A program made the translations under genes and the position numbers. DNA of 64,000 nt. It comes from an uncultured Acidobacteriota bacterium (lineage in GTDB: Bacteria > Acidobacteriota > Thermoanaerobaculia > UBA5066). Shown here piece after piece: positions 33,909 to 45,690 of this stretch. The stretch covers positions 2,118,271-2,182,270 of the forward strand of contig CAWDEX010000001.1 of NCBI GenBank assembly GCA_963801475.1, read 5' to 3'. Numbering within the stretch: the first letter of the stretch is position 1; each line of letters begins with the position of its first letter. Below the pieces are notes generated by a model. It worked only from the letters and a program-made list of their open reading frames with translations. It did no database searches and was not told where the DNA came from.

Positions 33909-34094
33909 TCACCACGACGCCTTCGTCACGCCCGGGACATAGCCCCCGAGCGAGAGGTTGCGGAAGCAGATCCGGCACAGGCCGAACTTCCGCAGGTAGG
34001 CCCGGGGCCGGCCGCACCGGCGGCAGCGGTTGCGCTTGCGGATGACGTACTTCAGCTTCGAGTTCGCTTTGATGATTGCGGCGCGGCGAGCCAT
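33909..34094 (-). CDS. rpsZ: 30S ribosomal protein S14 type Z
   Basis: The 61-aa protein has a Cys4 zinc motif (..[22 protein letters not shown]..). Confidence 0.92.
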   Translation of the reverse strand: MARRAAIIKANSKLKYVIRKRNRCRRCGRPRAYLRKFGLCRICFRNLSLGGYVPGVTKASW

Positions 34095-34111
34095 CGTGTC
34101 TGCTCCTTGGA

Positions 34112-34654
34112 TCAGCGTCCGAACGGCATGCCGAGCTCCCGGAGGAGCACCCGGGCCCGGTCATCCGAGCCGGCCGTCGTGACGATCGTGACATTGAGAC
34201 CCCGGGATTTCTCGATCTTCGCGGGATCGATCTCGGGGAAGATGACGTGGTCCTTGACGCCGAGGGTGTAGTTCCCGCGTCCGTCGAACGCGCGCGTCGG
34301 CACGCCGCGGAAGTCGCGGACGCGCGGGAGCGCGACGTTCAGCAGCCGGTCGAGGAACTCGTACATCCGCTCCCCCCGGAGCGTGACGCGGCATCCGATC
34401 GGCATCCCGGCGCGCAGCTTGAAGGAGGCGATCGACTTCTTCGCCTTCGTCACGACGGCGCGCTGGCCGGCGATCTTGGTCAGTTCCTCCGCGGCGGCGT
34501 CGACGACCTTCGCGTTCGAGATCGCCTCGCCGATGCCCATGTTCAGGATGACCTTCTCGATCTTCGGGACGGCCATCGGGTTCTCGATGCCGAACTCCTT
34601 CCGGAGGGCCGGAATGACGTCCTTGCGGTACTTCTCGAACAGACGGGCGGCCAT
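34112..34654 (-). CDS. rplE: 50S ribosomal protein L5
   Basis: The protein begins [40 protein letters not shown]... Confidence 0.93.
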   Translation of the reverse strand: MAARLFEKYRKDVIPALRKEFGIENPMAVPKIEKVILNMGIGEAISNAKVVDAAAEELTKIAGQRAVVTKAKKSIASFKLRAGMPIGCRVTLRGERMYEFLDRLLNVALPRVRDFRGVPTRAFDGRGNYTLGVKDHVIFPEIDPAKIEKSRGLNVTIVTTAGSDDRARVLLRELGMPFGR

Positions 34655-34657
34655 GAC

Positions 34658-35026
34658 TTACTCCCCCGAAGCGGCCGTCACGGCCGAAACCGTCACGCCG
34701 CTCTTCTTCGCGAAGCGCACCCGCTCCTCCCCCTCGGTCCGCACGCCGATGCGGGTCGCCTTGCCCGTCTCTGGGTCCTTGAGCTGGACGTTCGCGACCG
34801 CGATCGGCGCCTCGCGCTCGAGGATTCCGCCCTTGATGTTCTTCTGCGGGTTCGCGCGGGTGGCGCGCTTGATCTTGTTCACGCCCTCGACGATGACGCG
34901 GCCCTTGGCCGGCAGGACCCGGAGGACCTTGCCCGAGGCGCCGCGGTCCTTCCCGGCCGTGACGAGGACGACGTCGCCGCGGCGAATGCGCAGTTTTCCG
35001 GTGAACAGGGACTTCTTCTTCTTCAC
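34658..35026 (-). CDS. rplX: 50S ribosomal protein L24
   Basis: The protein has a KOW motif and reads ..[27 protein letters not shown].. Confidence 0.92.
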   Translation of the reverse strand: MKKKKSLFTGKLRIRRGDVVLVTAGKDRGASGKVLRVLPAKGRVIVEGVNKIKRATRANPQKNIKGGILEREAPIAVANVQLKDPETGKATRIGVRTEGEERVRFAKKSGVTVSAVTAASGE

Positions 35027-35027
35027 G

Positions 35028-35402
35028 TCAGATGACCTCGGGTGCCAGGGAAATGATCTTCATGAACTTCTTCTCGCGCAGCTCGCGGGCCACGGGCCCG
35101 AAGACGCGGGTCCCGATCGGCTCCTTCTCGGCGTTGATCAGGACCGCGGCGTTCGTGTCGAACCGGATGTAGCTGCCGTCGCGCCGGCGCTGCTCGCGCA
35201 CCGTCCGGACGATGACCGCCTTGACGACCTTCCCCTTCTTGACCGGGTCCGGCGCGTCGGGGTTCGACTCGCGGACCGCGCAGGTGATGATGTCGCCGAG
35301 GCGGCCGTACCGCCCCACCGACCCTCCCTGGAGGCGGATGCAGGACAGGCGCCGCGCGCCCGAGTTGTCGGCCACTTCCAGGATCGTGCCCATCTGGATC
35401 AC
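35028..35402 (-). CDS. rplN: 50S ribosomal protein L14
   Basis: The protein begins [27 protein letters not shown]... Confidence 0.95.
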   Translation of the reverse strand: MIQMGTILEVADNSGARRLSCIRLQGGSVGRYGRLGDIITCAVRESNPDAPDPVKKGKVVKAVIVRTVREQRRRDGSYIRFDTNAAVLINAEKEPIGTRVFGPVARELREKKFMKIISLAPEVI

Positions 35403-35430
35403 GGCGTCCTCCTTCGTCCCTCGTCGCGCA

Positions 35431-35748
35431 TCAGGAAGCCGACGCCTCGACGGCGATCTCCGGCACGACGCCCCGGCCCCGGGTGACGACGGCCTTCACG
35501 CGCCAGCGCTTCTTCGCCGAGAGCGGACGCGTCTCTTCGATCTCGACGACGTCGCCCGGCTGGCACTTGAACACGCGGTCGTCGGCCAGGAAGCGCGCCG
35601 TGCGCTTCTGGATCCGCCCGTAACGGGGGTTCCGGACGAAACGCGTCACCTCGACGACGACGGTCTTCTCCATCTTGGCCGAGACGACCTTGCCGAGCTT
35701 GTGTGCGCGGCGAACGGCCGTCTTCGGGGTTTCGGTGGTGGCGCTCAT
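35431..35748 (-). CDS. rpsQ: 30S ribosomal protein S17
   Basis: The protein reads ..[41 protein letters not shown].. Confidence 0.92.
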   Translation of the reverse strand: MSATTETPKTAVRRAHKLGKVVSAKMEKTVVVEVTRFVRNPRYGRIQKRTARFLADDRVFKCQPGDVVEIEETRPLSAKKRWRVKAVVTRGRGVVPEIAVEASAS

Positions 35749-36192
35749 TTACTTCCCCTTGCTCTTCTTCGCGCTCTTCGCGGCGCTCTTCTTCGCCGGA
35801 GCGGCTTTCTTCGCCGCCTTCGGAGCCGGCTTTCTGGCCGCCTTCGGAGCCGCCTTCTTCGCCGCCTTCTTCGCGGGCGCACCTCTCCTGGCCGCCGGGG
35901 CCGGCGCCGCAGTGCCGGCCGCCGGGCTTCCGGCCGCGGCGTGGGCGGTCGCCGCTGCACGCGGCTCCCCGTCGTGCTCCGCGTGGGCCTTCAGGGCCGC
36001 GGCGCGCGCCGCGCCCATGTGGTCGAGGGTCTTGAGCCGTGCGATGTCCCGGCGGATCTCGCGGAGCCTCATCGGGTTGTCGAGCTGGCCGGTCGCCTTC
36101 TGCAGCTTCAGCGTGAAGAGGGCCTGGCGCCACTCCTTCTCCTTGGCCGCGCGCTCTTCGGCGCTCCACTCGATCATGGCGTCGATCTTCAT
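35749..36192 (-). CDS. rpmC: 50S ribosomal protein L29 with ~80-aa Ala/Lys-rich (histone H1-like) C-terminal extension
   Basis: The L29 core (MKIDAMIEWSAEERAAKEKEWRQALFTLKLQKATGQLDNPMRLREIRRDIARLKT) is followed by a tail reading ...AAPAPAARRGAPAKKAAKKAAPKAARKPAPKAAKKAAPAKKSAAKSAKKSKGK. Confidence 0.88.
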   Translation of the reverse strand: MKIDAMIEWSAEERAAKEKEWRQALFTLKLQKATGQLDNPMRLREIRRDIARLKTLDHMGAARAAALKAHAEHDGEPRAAATAHAAAGSPAAGTAAPAPAARRGAPAKKAAKKAAPKAARKPAPKAAKKAAPAKKSAAKSAKKSKGK

Positions 36193-36195
36193 CGG

Positions 36196-36621
36196 CTACC
36201 TCACCGCCGCAAGGAACCCGCGCGACACGAAGCGCGTCCGGATCCCGATCTTGTCGGCGGCCAGCTGAAAGGCGTCCCGCGCGGTCTTCTCGTCGACGCC
36301 TTCCATCTCGAAGAGGACGCGGGCCGGCCTGACGACGGCGACCCACCCCTCCGGCGCGCCCTTCCCCTTGCCCATTCGGGTCTCGGCGGGCTTCTTGGTG
36401 ATCGGCTTGTCCGGGAAGACGCGGATCCAGAGCTTCCCGCCGCGCTTGACGTGACGCTGGATCGCGACGCGTCCGGCCTCGATCTGGCGGGCGGTCAGCC
36501 ACCCCGGCTCGGTCGCCTGCAGCCCGTACTCGCCGAAGGCGAGCTCCGACCCGCGGAGCGCCGTGCCGCGCATCCGTCCCCGCTGCTGTTTCCTGTACTT
36601 GACCTTCGAAGGCATCAACAT
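36196..36621 (-). CDS. rplP: 50S ribosomal protein L16
   Basis: The protein begins [36 protein letters not shown]... Confidence 0.95.
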   Translation of the reverse strand: MLMPSKVKYRKQQRGRMRGTALRGSELAFGEYGLQATEPGWLTARQIEAGRVAIQRHVKRGGKLWIRVFPDKPITKKPAETRMGKGKGAPEGWVAVVRPARVLFEMEGVDEKTARDAFQLAADKIGIRTRFVSRGFLAAVR

Positions 36622-36703
36622 GGATTAATTCCTCTTCGCGCCCAGGGGTGGGGGTCCGGGGGGACGACGCGCAGCGTCGGCGCCCCGGGTTCAGCCCGGT
36701 TCA

Positions 36704-37351
36704 TCAGGCTGCTTTCCGGCGGGACTTCGCCCGGTGCAGGTCGCCCTTGTAGATCCAGACCTTCACGCCGATGGCGCCGTATGTCGTCCGCGAGCTGGCG
36801 ACGCCGTAGTCGATGTCGGCCTTGAGGGTGTGGAGCGGCAGGCGCCCTTCCTGGTACCACTCGGAGCGCGCGATCTCCGCGCCGTTCAGCCGGCCGGAGC
36901 AGCGGATCTTGATCCCCTGCGCGCCGAACCGGAACGCGGACTCCATCCCCTTCTTCATCGCGCGGCGGAACGCCACGCGCCGCTCGAGCTGCATGGCGAT
37001 GGACTCGGCCACGAGCTGCGCGTCGGTCTCCGGGCGCTGGATCTCCACGATGTTCACGTGGATGTCCTTGCCCAGCCGCTGCTGCAGCCGGTCGCGGAGC
37101 TGGTCCACGGACGCGCCCTTCTTCCCGATGATGACGCCGGGGCGCGCCGTCATGATGTTGATTTTCAGCTTGTTCCCGCGCTCGATCTCGATCTCGGAAA
37201 CCGCGGCGTTCGCGAGGTCCCGCTTCAGCTCATCGCGGAGCTTCAGGTCGTCGTGAAGGAACCGGAGGTAGTCCTTCTCCGCGTACCAGCGCGAGTGCCA
37301 CGTGCGGTTGTAGCCGATCCGGAATCCGTAGGGGTGTACTTTCTGGCCCAT
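36704..37351 (-). CDS. rpsC: 30S ribosomal protein S3
   Basis: The protein begins [28 protein letters not shown]... and has a KH domain. Confidence 0.95.
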   Translation of the reverse strand: MGQKVHPYGFRIGYNRTWHSRWYAEKDYLRFLHDDLKLRDELKRDLANAAVSEIEIERGNKLKINIMTARPGVIIGKKGASVDQLRDRLQQRLGKDIHVNIVEIQRPETDAQLVAESIAMQLERRVAFRRAMKKGMESAFRFGAQGIKIRCSGRLNGAEIARSEWYQEGRLPLHTLKADIDYGVASSRTTYGAIGVKVWIYKGDLHRAKSRRKAA

Positions 37352-37370
37352 TGTTTCGCTCCGCGGCTCC

Positions 37371-37934
37371 TCAGGACTTCTTCGACTTCTTGTCGGTTTT
37401 CGGCGCGGCCTTCTCGACCTTCGGCGCGCCCTTGCCGCGGACGCCCGCGGCGGCGACGGCCTGGGCCACGCGGCCCGGCTTCTTCTTCACGAGCGGTTTC
37501 GGCGCCTCCGCCGGCAGTCCGGCGGCCTTCCGGATGGTCGGGTCGTCGGACAGGATGATCGTGACGTGGCAGAACGGGCGCGGGATGAGCCACATCCGTC
37601 CCTGCGGCCCGCTCATGAAGCGCGGGCGCGCGAACCGCTTCTTGTAGTTCGAGACGGCCCGGATCATCGCGTTCCGCTGGAGCGGCTTGCGGCCCGCCTC
37701 GTCGACCGTGATCTTCCTGACGACGAGAGCGTCCGCGTCGGTCCCGGCCTCGTTCTGCTGTGCGTTGGCGAGCGCCGATTCGACCAGCTTGAGCAGGGCC
37801 GGCGAGCAGCGCCGCCGGGTCGTCCGAAGCGTGTCGATCGCCCTCCCGACCGGCTTCATCCGGATCAGGTCCGCGACGAGGCGCACCTTCTGCGCCGAGC
37901 CGCGGTAGTGGCGGAGTCGGGCAACGGCTTCCAT
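37371..37934 (-). CDS. rplV: 50S ribosomal protein L22 with Lys-rich C-terminal extension
   Basis: The protein reads [37 protein letters not shown]...CHVTIILSD and ends in a tail reading [12 protein letters not shown]...[16 protein letters not shown]. The start was set at the internal ATG, because the 609-aa listed ORF is an upstream read-through. Confidence 0.88.
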   Translation of the reverse strand: MEAVARLRHYRGSAQKVRLVADLIRMKPVGRAIDTLRTTRRRCSPALLKLVESALANAQQNEAGTDADALVVRKITVDEAGRKPLQRNAMIRAVSNYKKRFARPRFMSGPQGRMWLIPRPFCHVTIILSDDPTIRKAAGLPAEAPKPLVKKKPGRVAQAVAAAGVRGKGAPKVEKAAPKTDKKSKKS

Positions 37935-37948
37935 TCTCTCGCCCTCCC

Positions 37949-38299
37949 TCACGCCTTGGCCGCGGGCGCCGCGGCCGGCGCCGCGGCGGCGGGAGCGCCC
38001 GGTGCGCCCGGCGCGCCCGGCGTGGCGCCCTTCTCGACCTTCTTGCCGGAATGGCCCTTGAAGATCCGCGTCGGCGAGAACTCGCCGAGCTTGTGGCCGA
38101 CCATGTTCTCGGAGACGTACACCGGCGTGAACTTCCTGCCGTTGTGGATGGCCAGCGTGTGACCGACCATCTCCGGCACGATCGTGGAGCGGCGCGACCA
38201 GGTCTTGACGACGCGCTTCTCCCCCGTCGCGTTCAGCGCGGTGATCTTCTCGAGGAGATGGCCGTCGATGAACGGCCCTTTCTTGGTGGAACGAGACAT
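37949..38299 (-). CDS. rpsS: 30S ribosomal protein S19 with Ala/Pro-rich C-terminal extension
   Basis: The protein reads [19 protein letters not shown]...[40 protein letters not shown] and is followed by the tail [31 protein letters not shown]. Confidence 0.92.
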   Translation of the reverse strand: MSRSTKKGPFIDGHLLEKITALNATGEKRVVKTWSRRSTIVPEMVGHTLAIHNGRKFTPVYVSENMVGHKLGEFSPTRIFKGHSGKKVEKGATPGAPGAPGAPAAAAPAAAPAAKA

Positions 38300-38317
38300 C
38301 GCCTTCTTCTCCTCGCC

Positions 38318-39142
38318 TTACGACTTCCGCCGCTTGACGATCAGCGCGTCGGTGCGCTTGTTGTTGCGGGTCTTCATGCCCTTGGTCTTCCAGCCCCATG
38401 GCGAACACGGGTGACGGCCGCCGGAGGTCTTCCCCTCGCCGCCGCCCATCGGGTGATCGACGGGGTTCATCGCGACGCCGCGGTTGTGCGACCGCCAGCC
38501 GAGCCAGCGGTTCCGTCCGGCCTTCCCGATCGAGACGTTCTCGTGCTCGAGGTTTCCGACCTGGCCGATCGTGGCGTAGCAGTCCACGCGGACCCGCCGG
38601 AGCTCGCCCGAGGGGACGCGGAGGAGCGCGTAGCCCCCTTCTTTCGCCATGAGCTGCGCGCCGGCACCCGCCGCGCGGGCCATCTTCGCCCCGGCGCCCG
38701 GCTTGAACTCGACGTTGTGGACGATCGTGCCGACGGGGATTCCCTTCAGCGGCAGCGCGTTGCCGACGACGATGTCGGCCGCCGCGCCGGCGATGACCGT
38801 CTGCCCGACGGTCAGGCCGTTCGGCGCCAGGATGTACCGCTTCTCGCCGTCGGCGTAGGCGAGCAGGGCGATGCGCGCCGAGCGGTTCGGGTCGTACTCG
38901 ATCGCCGCGACCTTCGCCGGGATCTCGTGCTTGTCCCGCAGGAAGTCGATGTCCCGGTAGCGGCGCTTGTGGCCGCCGCCGCGCCACCAGGACGTCAGGT
39001 GGCCCTTGTTGTTCCGGCCTCCGGTCTTCACCTTGCCGCGGGTGAGGGCCTTCTCCGGAGCGGTCTTCGTGATCTCCGAGAAGTCGGCCGTCGTCCGCTG
39101 GCGGAGGCCCGGGGTCGTGGGCTTGTAGGACTTGACGGGCAT
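38318..39142 (-). CDS. rplB: 50S ribosomal protein L2
   Basis: The 274-aa protein has the conserved stretch ..[22 protein letters not shown]... ..[26 protein letters not shown].. Confidence 0.95.
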   Translation of the reverse strand: MPVKSYKPTTPGLRQRTTADFSEITKTAPEKALTRGKVKTGGRNNKGHLTSWWRGGGHKRRYRDIDFLRDKHEIPAKVAAIEYDPNRSARIALLAYADGEKRYILAPNGLTVGQTVIAGAAADIVVGNALPLKGIPVGTIVHNVEFKPGAGAKMARAAGAGAQLMAKEGGYALLRVPSGELRRVRVDCYATIGQVGNLEHENVSIGKAGRNRWLGWRSHNRGVAMNPVDHPMGGGEGKTSGGRHPCSPWGWKTKGMKTRNNKRTDALIVKRRKS

Positions 39143-39147
39143 GGCTC

Positions 39148-39441
39148 TTACACCCCCTCGAAGATCGCCGGGGGCTTCTGCCCGGCCGCCAGCTTGACAT
39201 ACGCCTTCTTGCGGTCCTGAGCCCGGCCGATCGACTTGCCGACCTTCTTGATCTTCCCGGAGACCTTCACGACGCGAACCGAGTCCACTTTCACGCTGAA
39301 AAGCGTCTCGACCGCGTGGCGGATCTCGATCTTGTTCGCGTCGCGCGCCACGTCAAACGTGATGACGTTCTGGGAGACCGTGAGCGCCGTCGATTTCTCC
39401 GTGAGCACGGGACGGACGATGATCGACTGCGGGGTCCTCAC
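39148..39441 (-). CDS. rplW: 50S ribosomal protein L23
   Basis: The protein begins [45 protein letters not shown]... Confidence 0.93.
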   Translation of the reverse strand: MRTPQSIIVRPVLTEKSTALTVSQNVITFDVARDANKIEIRHAVETLFSVKVDSVRVVKVSGKIKKVGKSIGRAQDRKKAYVKLAAGQKPPAIFEGV

Positions 39442-40085
39442 GACAGCACCTCCGTGACGGTGCGGAGCGCGTCCTCGGACAGCACGATCGTCCCGGCGTG
39501 GAGCGCGTCGTAGACGTTGAGCCCCTTCGCGTCCCGCGCGACGACGCCCGGCTGGTTCCGCGCGGCCTTCGAGAGGTTCGCGTTCGCCCCACCGTCGACG
39601 AGGAGCGCCTTGCCCGCGACGCCGAGGCCCGCGAGAGCGCCCGCCAGGGCCTGCGTCTTGTGCGACGCCAGCTCGAGGCTGTCGAGGAGCACGATCCTGT
39701 TCTCGCGCGCCTTCTCGGAGAGGACGCAGCAGAGGGCCGCCTTCTTGGCGCGGACGTTCATCTTCATCGCGTAGGAGCGCGGCACGGGGCCGTGCACCGT
39801 TCCACCGTGACGGTGGATCGGCGGGCGGCCGCCGCCCTGTCGCGCGCGACCCGTGTGCTTCTGCTTGAACGGCTTCTTTCCCGAGCCGGAGACCTCCGCC
39901 CGGGTCTTCGTCTTGTGGGTTCCCCGGTGGTCCCGCGCCCGGATCTCCTTGACCGCCTCCCAGACGAGGTGGCGGCGGAAGGGGACGCCGAAGATCTCCG
40001 CGGGAAGGGTCGCCTCGCCCACCGTCTCGGCCTTGAGGTTCCGGACGGGGACGGTCAGGGGCGCGGGGGGGGTCTTCGGGGCCAT
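39438..40085 (-). CDS. rplD: 50S ribosomal protein L4
   Basis: The protein reads MAPKTPPAPLTVPVRNLKAETVGEATLP...GSGKKPFKQKHTGRARQGGGRPPIHRHGG. The start was set at the internal ATG, because the listed ORF reads through L3 in another frame. Confidence 0.9.
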   Translation of the reverse strand: MAPKTPPAPLTVPVRNLKAETVGEATLPAEIFGVPFRRHLVWEAVKEIRARDHRGTHKTKTRAEVSGSGKKPFKQKHTGRARQGGGRPPIHRHGGTVHGPVPRSYAMKMNVRAKKAALCCVLSEKARENRIVLLDSLELASHKTQALAGALAGLGVAGKALLVDGGANANLSKAARNQPGVVARDAKGLNVYDALHAGTIVLSEDALRTVTEVLS

Positions 40086-40096
40086 CGCGCCTCCTC

Positions 40097-40753
40097 TCAC
40101 GCCGCCGCGCCGGGCGCGTGTCGCGCCGGACGCTTGACGATCTTCACGACGGTGTTGCGGGCTCCGGGGACGGCGCCGCGCAGGTAAATGAGGTGGTTCT
40201 CGGCGTCCACCCGGACGACGACGAGGTTCTTCATCGTCGTCTGCTTGCCTCCCATCCGTCCCGAGGACCGCGTGCCGGGATAGACGCGGGACGGGTAGGC
40301 CGAGGGGCCGATGGAGCCGGGCGCCCGGTGGAACATCGAGCCGTGAGTCGCCACGCCGCCCGCGAAGTGGTGCCGCTTGACGACGCCCTGGAAGCCCTTG
40401 CCCTTGGACACGCCCACGACGTCCACCGACTCCTTCTCGGAGAAGATGTCGCAGAGAACCTTGTCCCCGGGGGCCACGGCGTCGCCCGCGTCGCAGCGGA
40501 CCTCGCCCAGCGTCCCCGCCGGCGGAATCGAGGCCTTGTCGAAGTGGCCGCGGAGCGCTCGCGTCAGGCGCCGCGGAGAGACGCGCTTTCCGACGAGACC
40601 CAGCTGGACCGCGTCGTAGCCGTCGTTCTCCCTTGTCTTTCGCTGGACGACCAGGCACGGCCCGGCCTCGACGACCGTCACGGGCACAGCCGTCCCGTCG
40701 GCCTCGAAGACCTGGGTCATGCCGATCTTTCGTCCCAGAATGCCGTTGATCAT
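40097..40753 (-). CDS. rplC: 50S ribosomal protein L3
   Basis: The protein begins [33 protein letters not shown]... Confidence 0.95.
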   Translation of the reverse strand: MINGILGRKIGMTQVFEADGTAVPVTVVEAGPCLVVQRKTRENDGYDAVQLGLVGKRVSPRRLTRALRGHFDKASIPPAGTLGEVRCDAGDAVAPGDKVLCDIFSEKESVDVVGVSKGKGFQGVVKRHHFAGGVATHGSMFHRAPGSIGPSAYPSRVYPGTRSSGRMGGKQTTMKNLVVVRVDAENHLIYLRGAVPGARNTVVKIVKRPARHAPGAAA

Positions 40754-40780
40754 GTTCGGTTCCTCAAAACAGAGGCGGCG

Positions 40781-41098
<318 letters not shown>

Positions 41099-41113
41099 AG
41101 CTGCCTTCTTCGC

Positions 41114-42316
<1,203 letters not shown>

Positions 42317-42347
42317 CGCAATTCCTCCGTTCTGCTCGGATCTCTTC

Positions 42348-44423
42348 CTAGACCGAAACTTTCGCGATGATCCCGTCGGCGATCGCCTTCGGGACCTCGT
42401 CGTACTTCTCGAACTGCATCGTGTAGTTGGCCCGGCCCTGCGTCAGGGAGCGGAGCTGGGTCGCGTAGCCGAACATCTCCGACAGCGGGACCGAGGCATT
42501 GATGACCTGGAAGTTCAGGCGCGCCTCCATGTGGTTGATCTTTCCCCGCCGCGAGTTCAGGTCGCCGATCACGTCGCCCATGAACTCCTCGGGCGTGACG
42601 ACCTCGACGGCCATCATGGGCTCGAGAATGAAGGGGTCGGCCTTCTTCGCCGCGTCCTGGTAGGCCATCGATCCCGCGATCTTGAAGGCCATCTCCGAGG
42701 AGTCGACCTCGTGGAACGAGCCGTCGTACAGCTCAACTTGCAGCTTGACCGTCGGGTAGCCGGCGAGGACGCCGGTGGTCGTCGCCTCGCGGATGCCCTG
42801 CTCGATCGGCTTGATGAACTCCCGGGGGATCGTGCCGCCCGTGATCCCGTTGACGAACTCGAAGTCCTTCCCCTCCGGGTGCGGCCGCAGGTAGATCTTC
42901 GCGTGGCCGTACTGTCCCTTGCCGCCCGACTGCCGGATGAACCGGCCTTCGCCCTTTGTCTGCTTGCGGATCCCCTCGCGGTAGGCGACCTGGGGCTTGC
43001 CGACGTTGGCCCCGACGTTGAACTCGCGGACCATGCGGTCGACGATGATCTCGAGGTGCAGTTCGCCCATCCCGGCGATGATGGTCTGGTTCGTCTCCTT
43101 GTCCGTGTGGACGCGGAACGTCGGGTCCTCCTGCATGAGCTTGGCGAGCGCCATCCCCATCTTTTCCTGGTCGGCCTTCGTCTTCGGCTCGATGGAGAGC
43201 GTGATGACCGGCTCGGGGAACTTCATCGCCTCGAGGACGACGATGGAGTTCCGGTCGCAGATCGTGTCGCCCGTCGTGACGTTCTTCAGCCCGACGGCCG
43301 CCGCGATGTCGCCGGCCCAGACCTCCTTGATCTCCTCGCGCTTGTTCGCGTGCATCTTCAGGATCCTGCCGACGCGCTCGTTCGACTGCTTCGTCGAGTT
43401 GTAGACCCCCGAGCCGGCGTCGAGGTGCCCCGAGTAGACGCGGAAGAAGGCGAGCTGCCCCACGAAGGGGTCGGTCATGATCTTGAAGACGAGGCCGGCG
43501 AATGGCGCGTCGTCCTTCGTCTCGCGGATCAGCTCCTTGCCGTCCTCGTCGAGCCCGGTGATGGCCGGGATGTCGATCGGCGACGGAAGGTACTCGCAGA
43601 CGGCGTCGAGGAGCTGCTGCACGCCCTTGTTCTTGAAGGCCGAGCCGCAGACGACCGGGTGGAGCTTCCCGGAGACGGTGGCCTTCCGAAGGGCCGCGCG
43701 GATCTGCGCGGGCTCCGGCACGTGGCCCTCCATCCACTGGTGCATGATTCCGTCGTCGACTTCCGCGACCGACTCGACGAGCCGCTCGCGGTACTTGTCG
43801 AAGAGCGCCTTGTGGTCGGCCGGGACCTCCACCGTCTCGAACTCGGCGCCGAGGCTGTCATCCCGGAAGTCGTAGGCCTTCCCCTCGATGAGGTCGATGA
43901 CCCCCTCGAACGTTTCGGCCGAGCCCCACGGGACCTGGATCGGGGTCGGCTTCGCGGCCAGCTTCGTGACCATCATGTCGACGCACTTCTCGAAGTCCGC
44001 GCCGACGCGGTCCATCTTGTTGATGAAGGCGATACGGGGGACCCCGTAGCGGTCCGCCTGGCGCCAGACGGTCTCGGACTGCGGCTCGACGCCCGAAACG
44101 GCGTCGAACACGGCGACGGCGCCGTCGAGGACGCGGAGGGAGCGCTCCACCTCGGCCGTGAAGTCGACGTGGCCGGGGGTGTCGATGATGTTGATCCGGG
44201 TCCCCTGCCAGAAGCACGTCGTCGCGGCCGACGTGATCGTGATGCCGCGCTCCTGCTCCTGGACCATCCAGTCCATCGTCGCCGTCCCGTCATGGACCTC
44301 TCCGAGCTTGTAGTTCACGCCCGTGTAATAGAGGATCCGCTCGGTCGTCGTCGTCTTGCCCGCGTCGATGTGGGCCATGATGCCGATGTTCCGGCAGCTT
44401 TCGAGGGGATGAGTTCTCGGCAT
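42348..44423 (-). CDS. fusA: elongation factor G
   Basis: The protein begins [35 protein letters not shown]... The start was set at the internal ATG, 15 codons into the listed ORF. Confidence 0.95.
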   Translation of the reverse strand: MPRTHPLESCRNIGIMAHIDAGKTTTTERILYYTGVNYKLGEVHDGTATMDWMVQEQERGITITSAATTCFWQGTRINIIDTPGHVDFTAEVERSLRVLDGAVAVFDAVSGVEPQSETVWRQADRYGVPRIAFINKMDRVGADFEKCVDMMVTKLAAKPTPIQVPWGSAETFEGVIDLIEGKAYDFRDDSLGAEFETVEVPADHKALFDKYRERLVESVAEVDDGIMHQWMEGHVPEPAQIRAALRKATVSGKLHPVVCGSAFKNKGVQQLLDAVCEYLPSPIDIPAITGLDEDGKELIRETKDDAPFAGLVFKIMTDPFVGQLAFFRVYSGHLDAGSGVYNSTKQSNERVGRILKMHANKREEIKEVWAGDIAAAVGLKNVTTGDTICDRNSIVVLEAMKFPEPVITLSIEPKTKADQEKMGMALAKLMQEDPTFRVHTDKETNQTIIAGMGELHLEIIVDRMVREFNVGANVGKPQVAYREGIRKQTKGEGRFIRQSGGKGQYGHAKIYLRPHPEGKDFEFVNGITGGTIPREFIKPIEQGIREATTTGVLAGYPTVKLQVELYDGSFHEVDSSEMAFKIAGSMAYQDAAKKADPFILEPMMAVEVVTPEEFMGDVIGDLNSRRGKINHMEARLNFQVINASVPLSEMFGYATQLRSLTQGRANYTMQFEKYDEVPKAIADGIIAKVSV

Positions 44424-44640
44424 GTCGAATGCGTCCCGTTCCGGGTCCGTCTGCGCCGTCGAACCCATCGGTCCTGCGTTTGGCTCGCTCCGCTCGCCAA
44501 ACGGTCCGGAGGTTTTCTCCCTCCGGCTTTCAGACCTGGGTTCCGCACGCTGAAAGGCGTGATCCGGGATCTTTCAAAGGACCTTTCCGGACCCTCAGGG
44601 CCGGCCGGTTTCCCTCCTCCCGGAGCGTCTCAGTGCAGGC

Positions 44641-45111
44641 TTACCAGCGGTAGTGGGCAAAGGCCTTGTTGGCCTCCGCCATCTTGTGGGTGTCCTCCTT
44701 CTTCTTGATGGCATTCCCGCGGTTGTTGGCCGCGTCGAGGAGTTCGCCGGCGAGCTTGTCGCGCATCGTCTTCTCGCCGCGCGCCTGGGAGTAGGAGATG
44801 AGCCAGCGGATCGCCAGGGAGGTGCGCCGGTTCGGCTTCACCTCGACCGGTACCTGGTAGGTCGAACCGCCGACGCGGCGGGACTTGACCTCGAGGACCG
44901 GCTTGACGTTCTCCACGGCCTTCTTGAACGTCTTGAGTGGGTCGTCCTGGGTCTTCTGCTCGATCTGCTTCATCGCGCCGTAGAAGATTCCCTCGGACAG
45001 GGACTTCTTCCCGCGCTCCATGACGCAGTTGATGAACTTCGTCACCAGCTGGGACTGGTAGACCGGATCCGGCAGGACTTCGCGCTTGGGGACTTCGCGG
45101 CGACGGGGCAT
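44641..45111 (-). CDS. rpsG: 30S ribosomal protein S7
   Basis: The protein begins [46 protein letters not shown]... and is 156 aa. The start was set at the internal ATG. Confidence 0.93.
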   Translation of the reverse strand: MPRRREVPKREVLPDPVYQSQLVTKFINCVMERGKKSLSEGIFYGAMKQIEQKTQDDPLKTFKKAVENVKPVLEVKSRRVGGSTYQVPVEVKPNRRTSLAIRWLISYSQARGEKTMRDKLAGELLDAANNRGNAIKKKEDTHKMAEANKAFAHYRW

Positions 45112-45122
45112 CTCGGTATCTC

Positions 45123-45497
45123 TTACGCCTTGGGCCGTTTCGCGCCGTACTTGCTGCGCGACTGCTTGCGGTTCGCCACGCCGACGGCGTCGAGGGTCCC
45201 GCGGATGATGTGATAGCGGACGCCCGGGAGGTCCTTCACGCGGCCGCCGCGGATCATGACGATCGAGTGCTCCTGGAGGTTGTGCCCGATCCCCGGAATG
45301 TAGGTCGTGACCTCGATGCCGTTCGTCAGGCGGACGCGGGCAATCTTCCGGAGAGCCGAGTTCGGCTTCTTCGGTGTCGTAGTTTTGACCTGGGTGCACA
45401 CCCCGCGGCGCTGCGGGCACGACTGCAGGGCCGGCGACTTCGTCTTGTAGCGGACGGGGTCGCGCCCCTTGCGGACGAGCTGGCTGATGGTCGGCAT
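45123..45497 (-). CDS. rpsL: 30S ribosomal protein S12
   Basis: The protein begins [51 protein letters not shown]... Confidence 0.96.
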   Translation of the reverse strand: MPTISQLVRKGRDPVRYKTKSPALQSCPQRRGVCTQVKTTTPKKPNSALRKIARVRLTNGIEVTTYIPGIGHNLQEHSIVMIRGGRVKDLPGVRYHIIRGTLDAVGVANRKQSRSKYGAKRPKA

Positions 45498-45634
45498 CGG
45501 TCTTGAACGACTCCTTCAGGGACTCCGTTACGCGGCTCCCCGGGTTCTAACCCCAACTCCCAGAGCCGCTTGACGGCAATGGGCACGAGGCGAGCCGACA
45601 CAACGTATGCCCCGGCTCCCGGAGAAACCCGCGA

Positions 45635-45663
45635 AGGATACGGGGGGGGCAACGGTCTGTCAA
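45635..45663 (-). promoter_or_regulatory. candidate sigma70-type promoter for str operon (TTGACA-N17-TATCCT) upstream of rpsL
   Basis: On the minus strand the sequence reads TTGACAgaccgttgccccccccgTATCCT, placed 135-165 nt upstream of the rpsL ATG. Confidence 0.5.
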
Positions 45664-45690
45664 GCTCGATCTGGCCCCGAAGTCGTGGCT

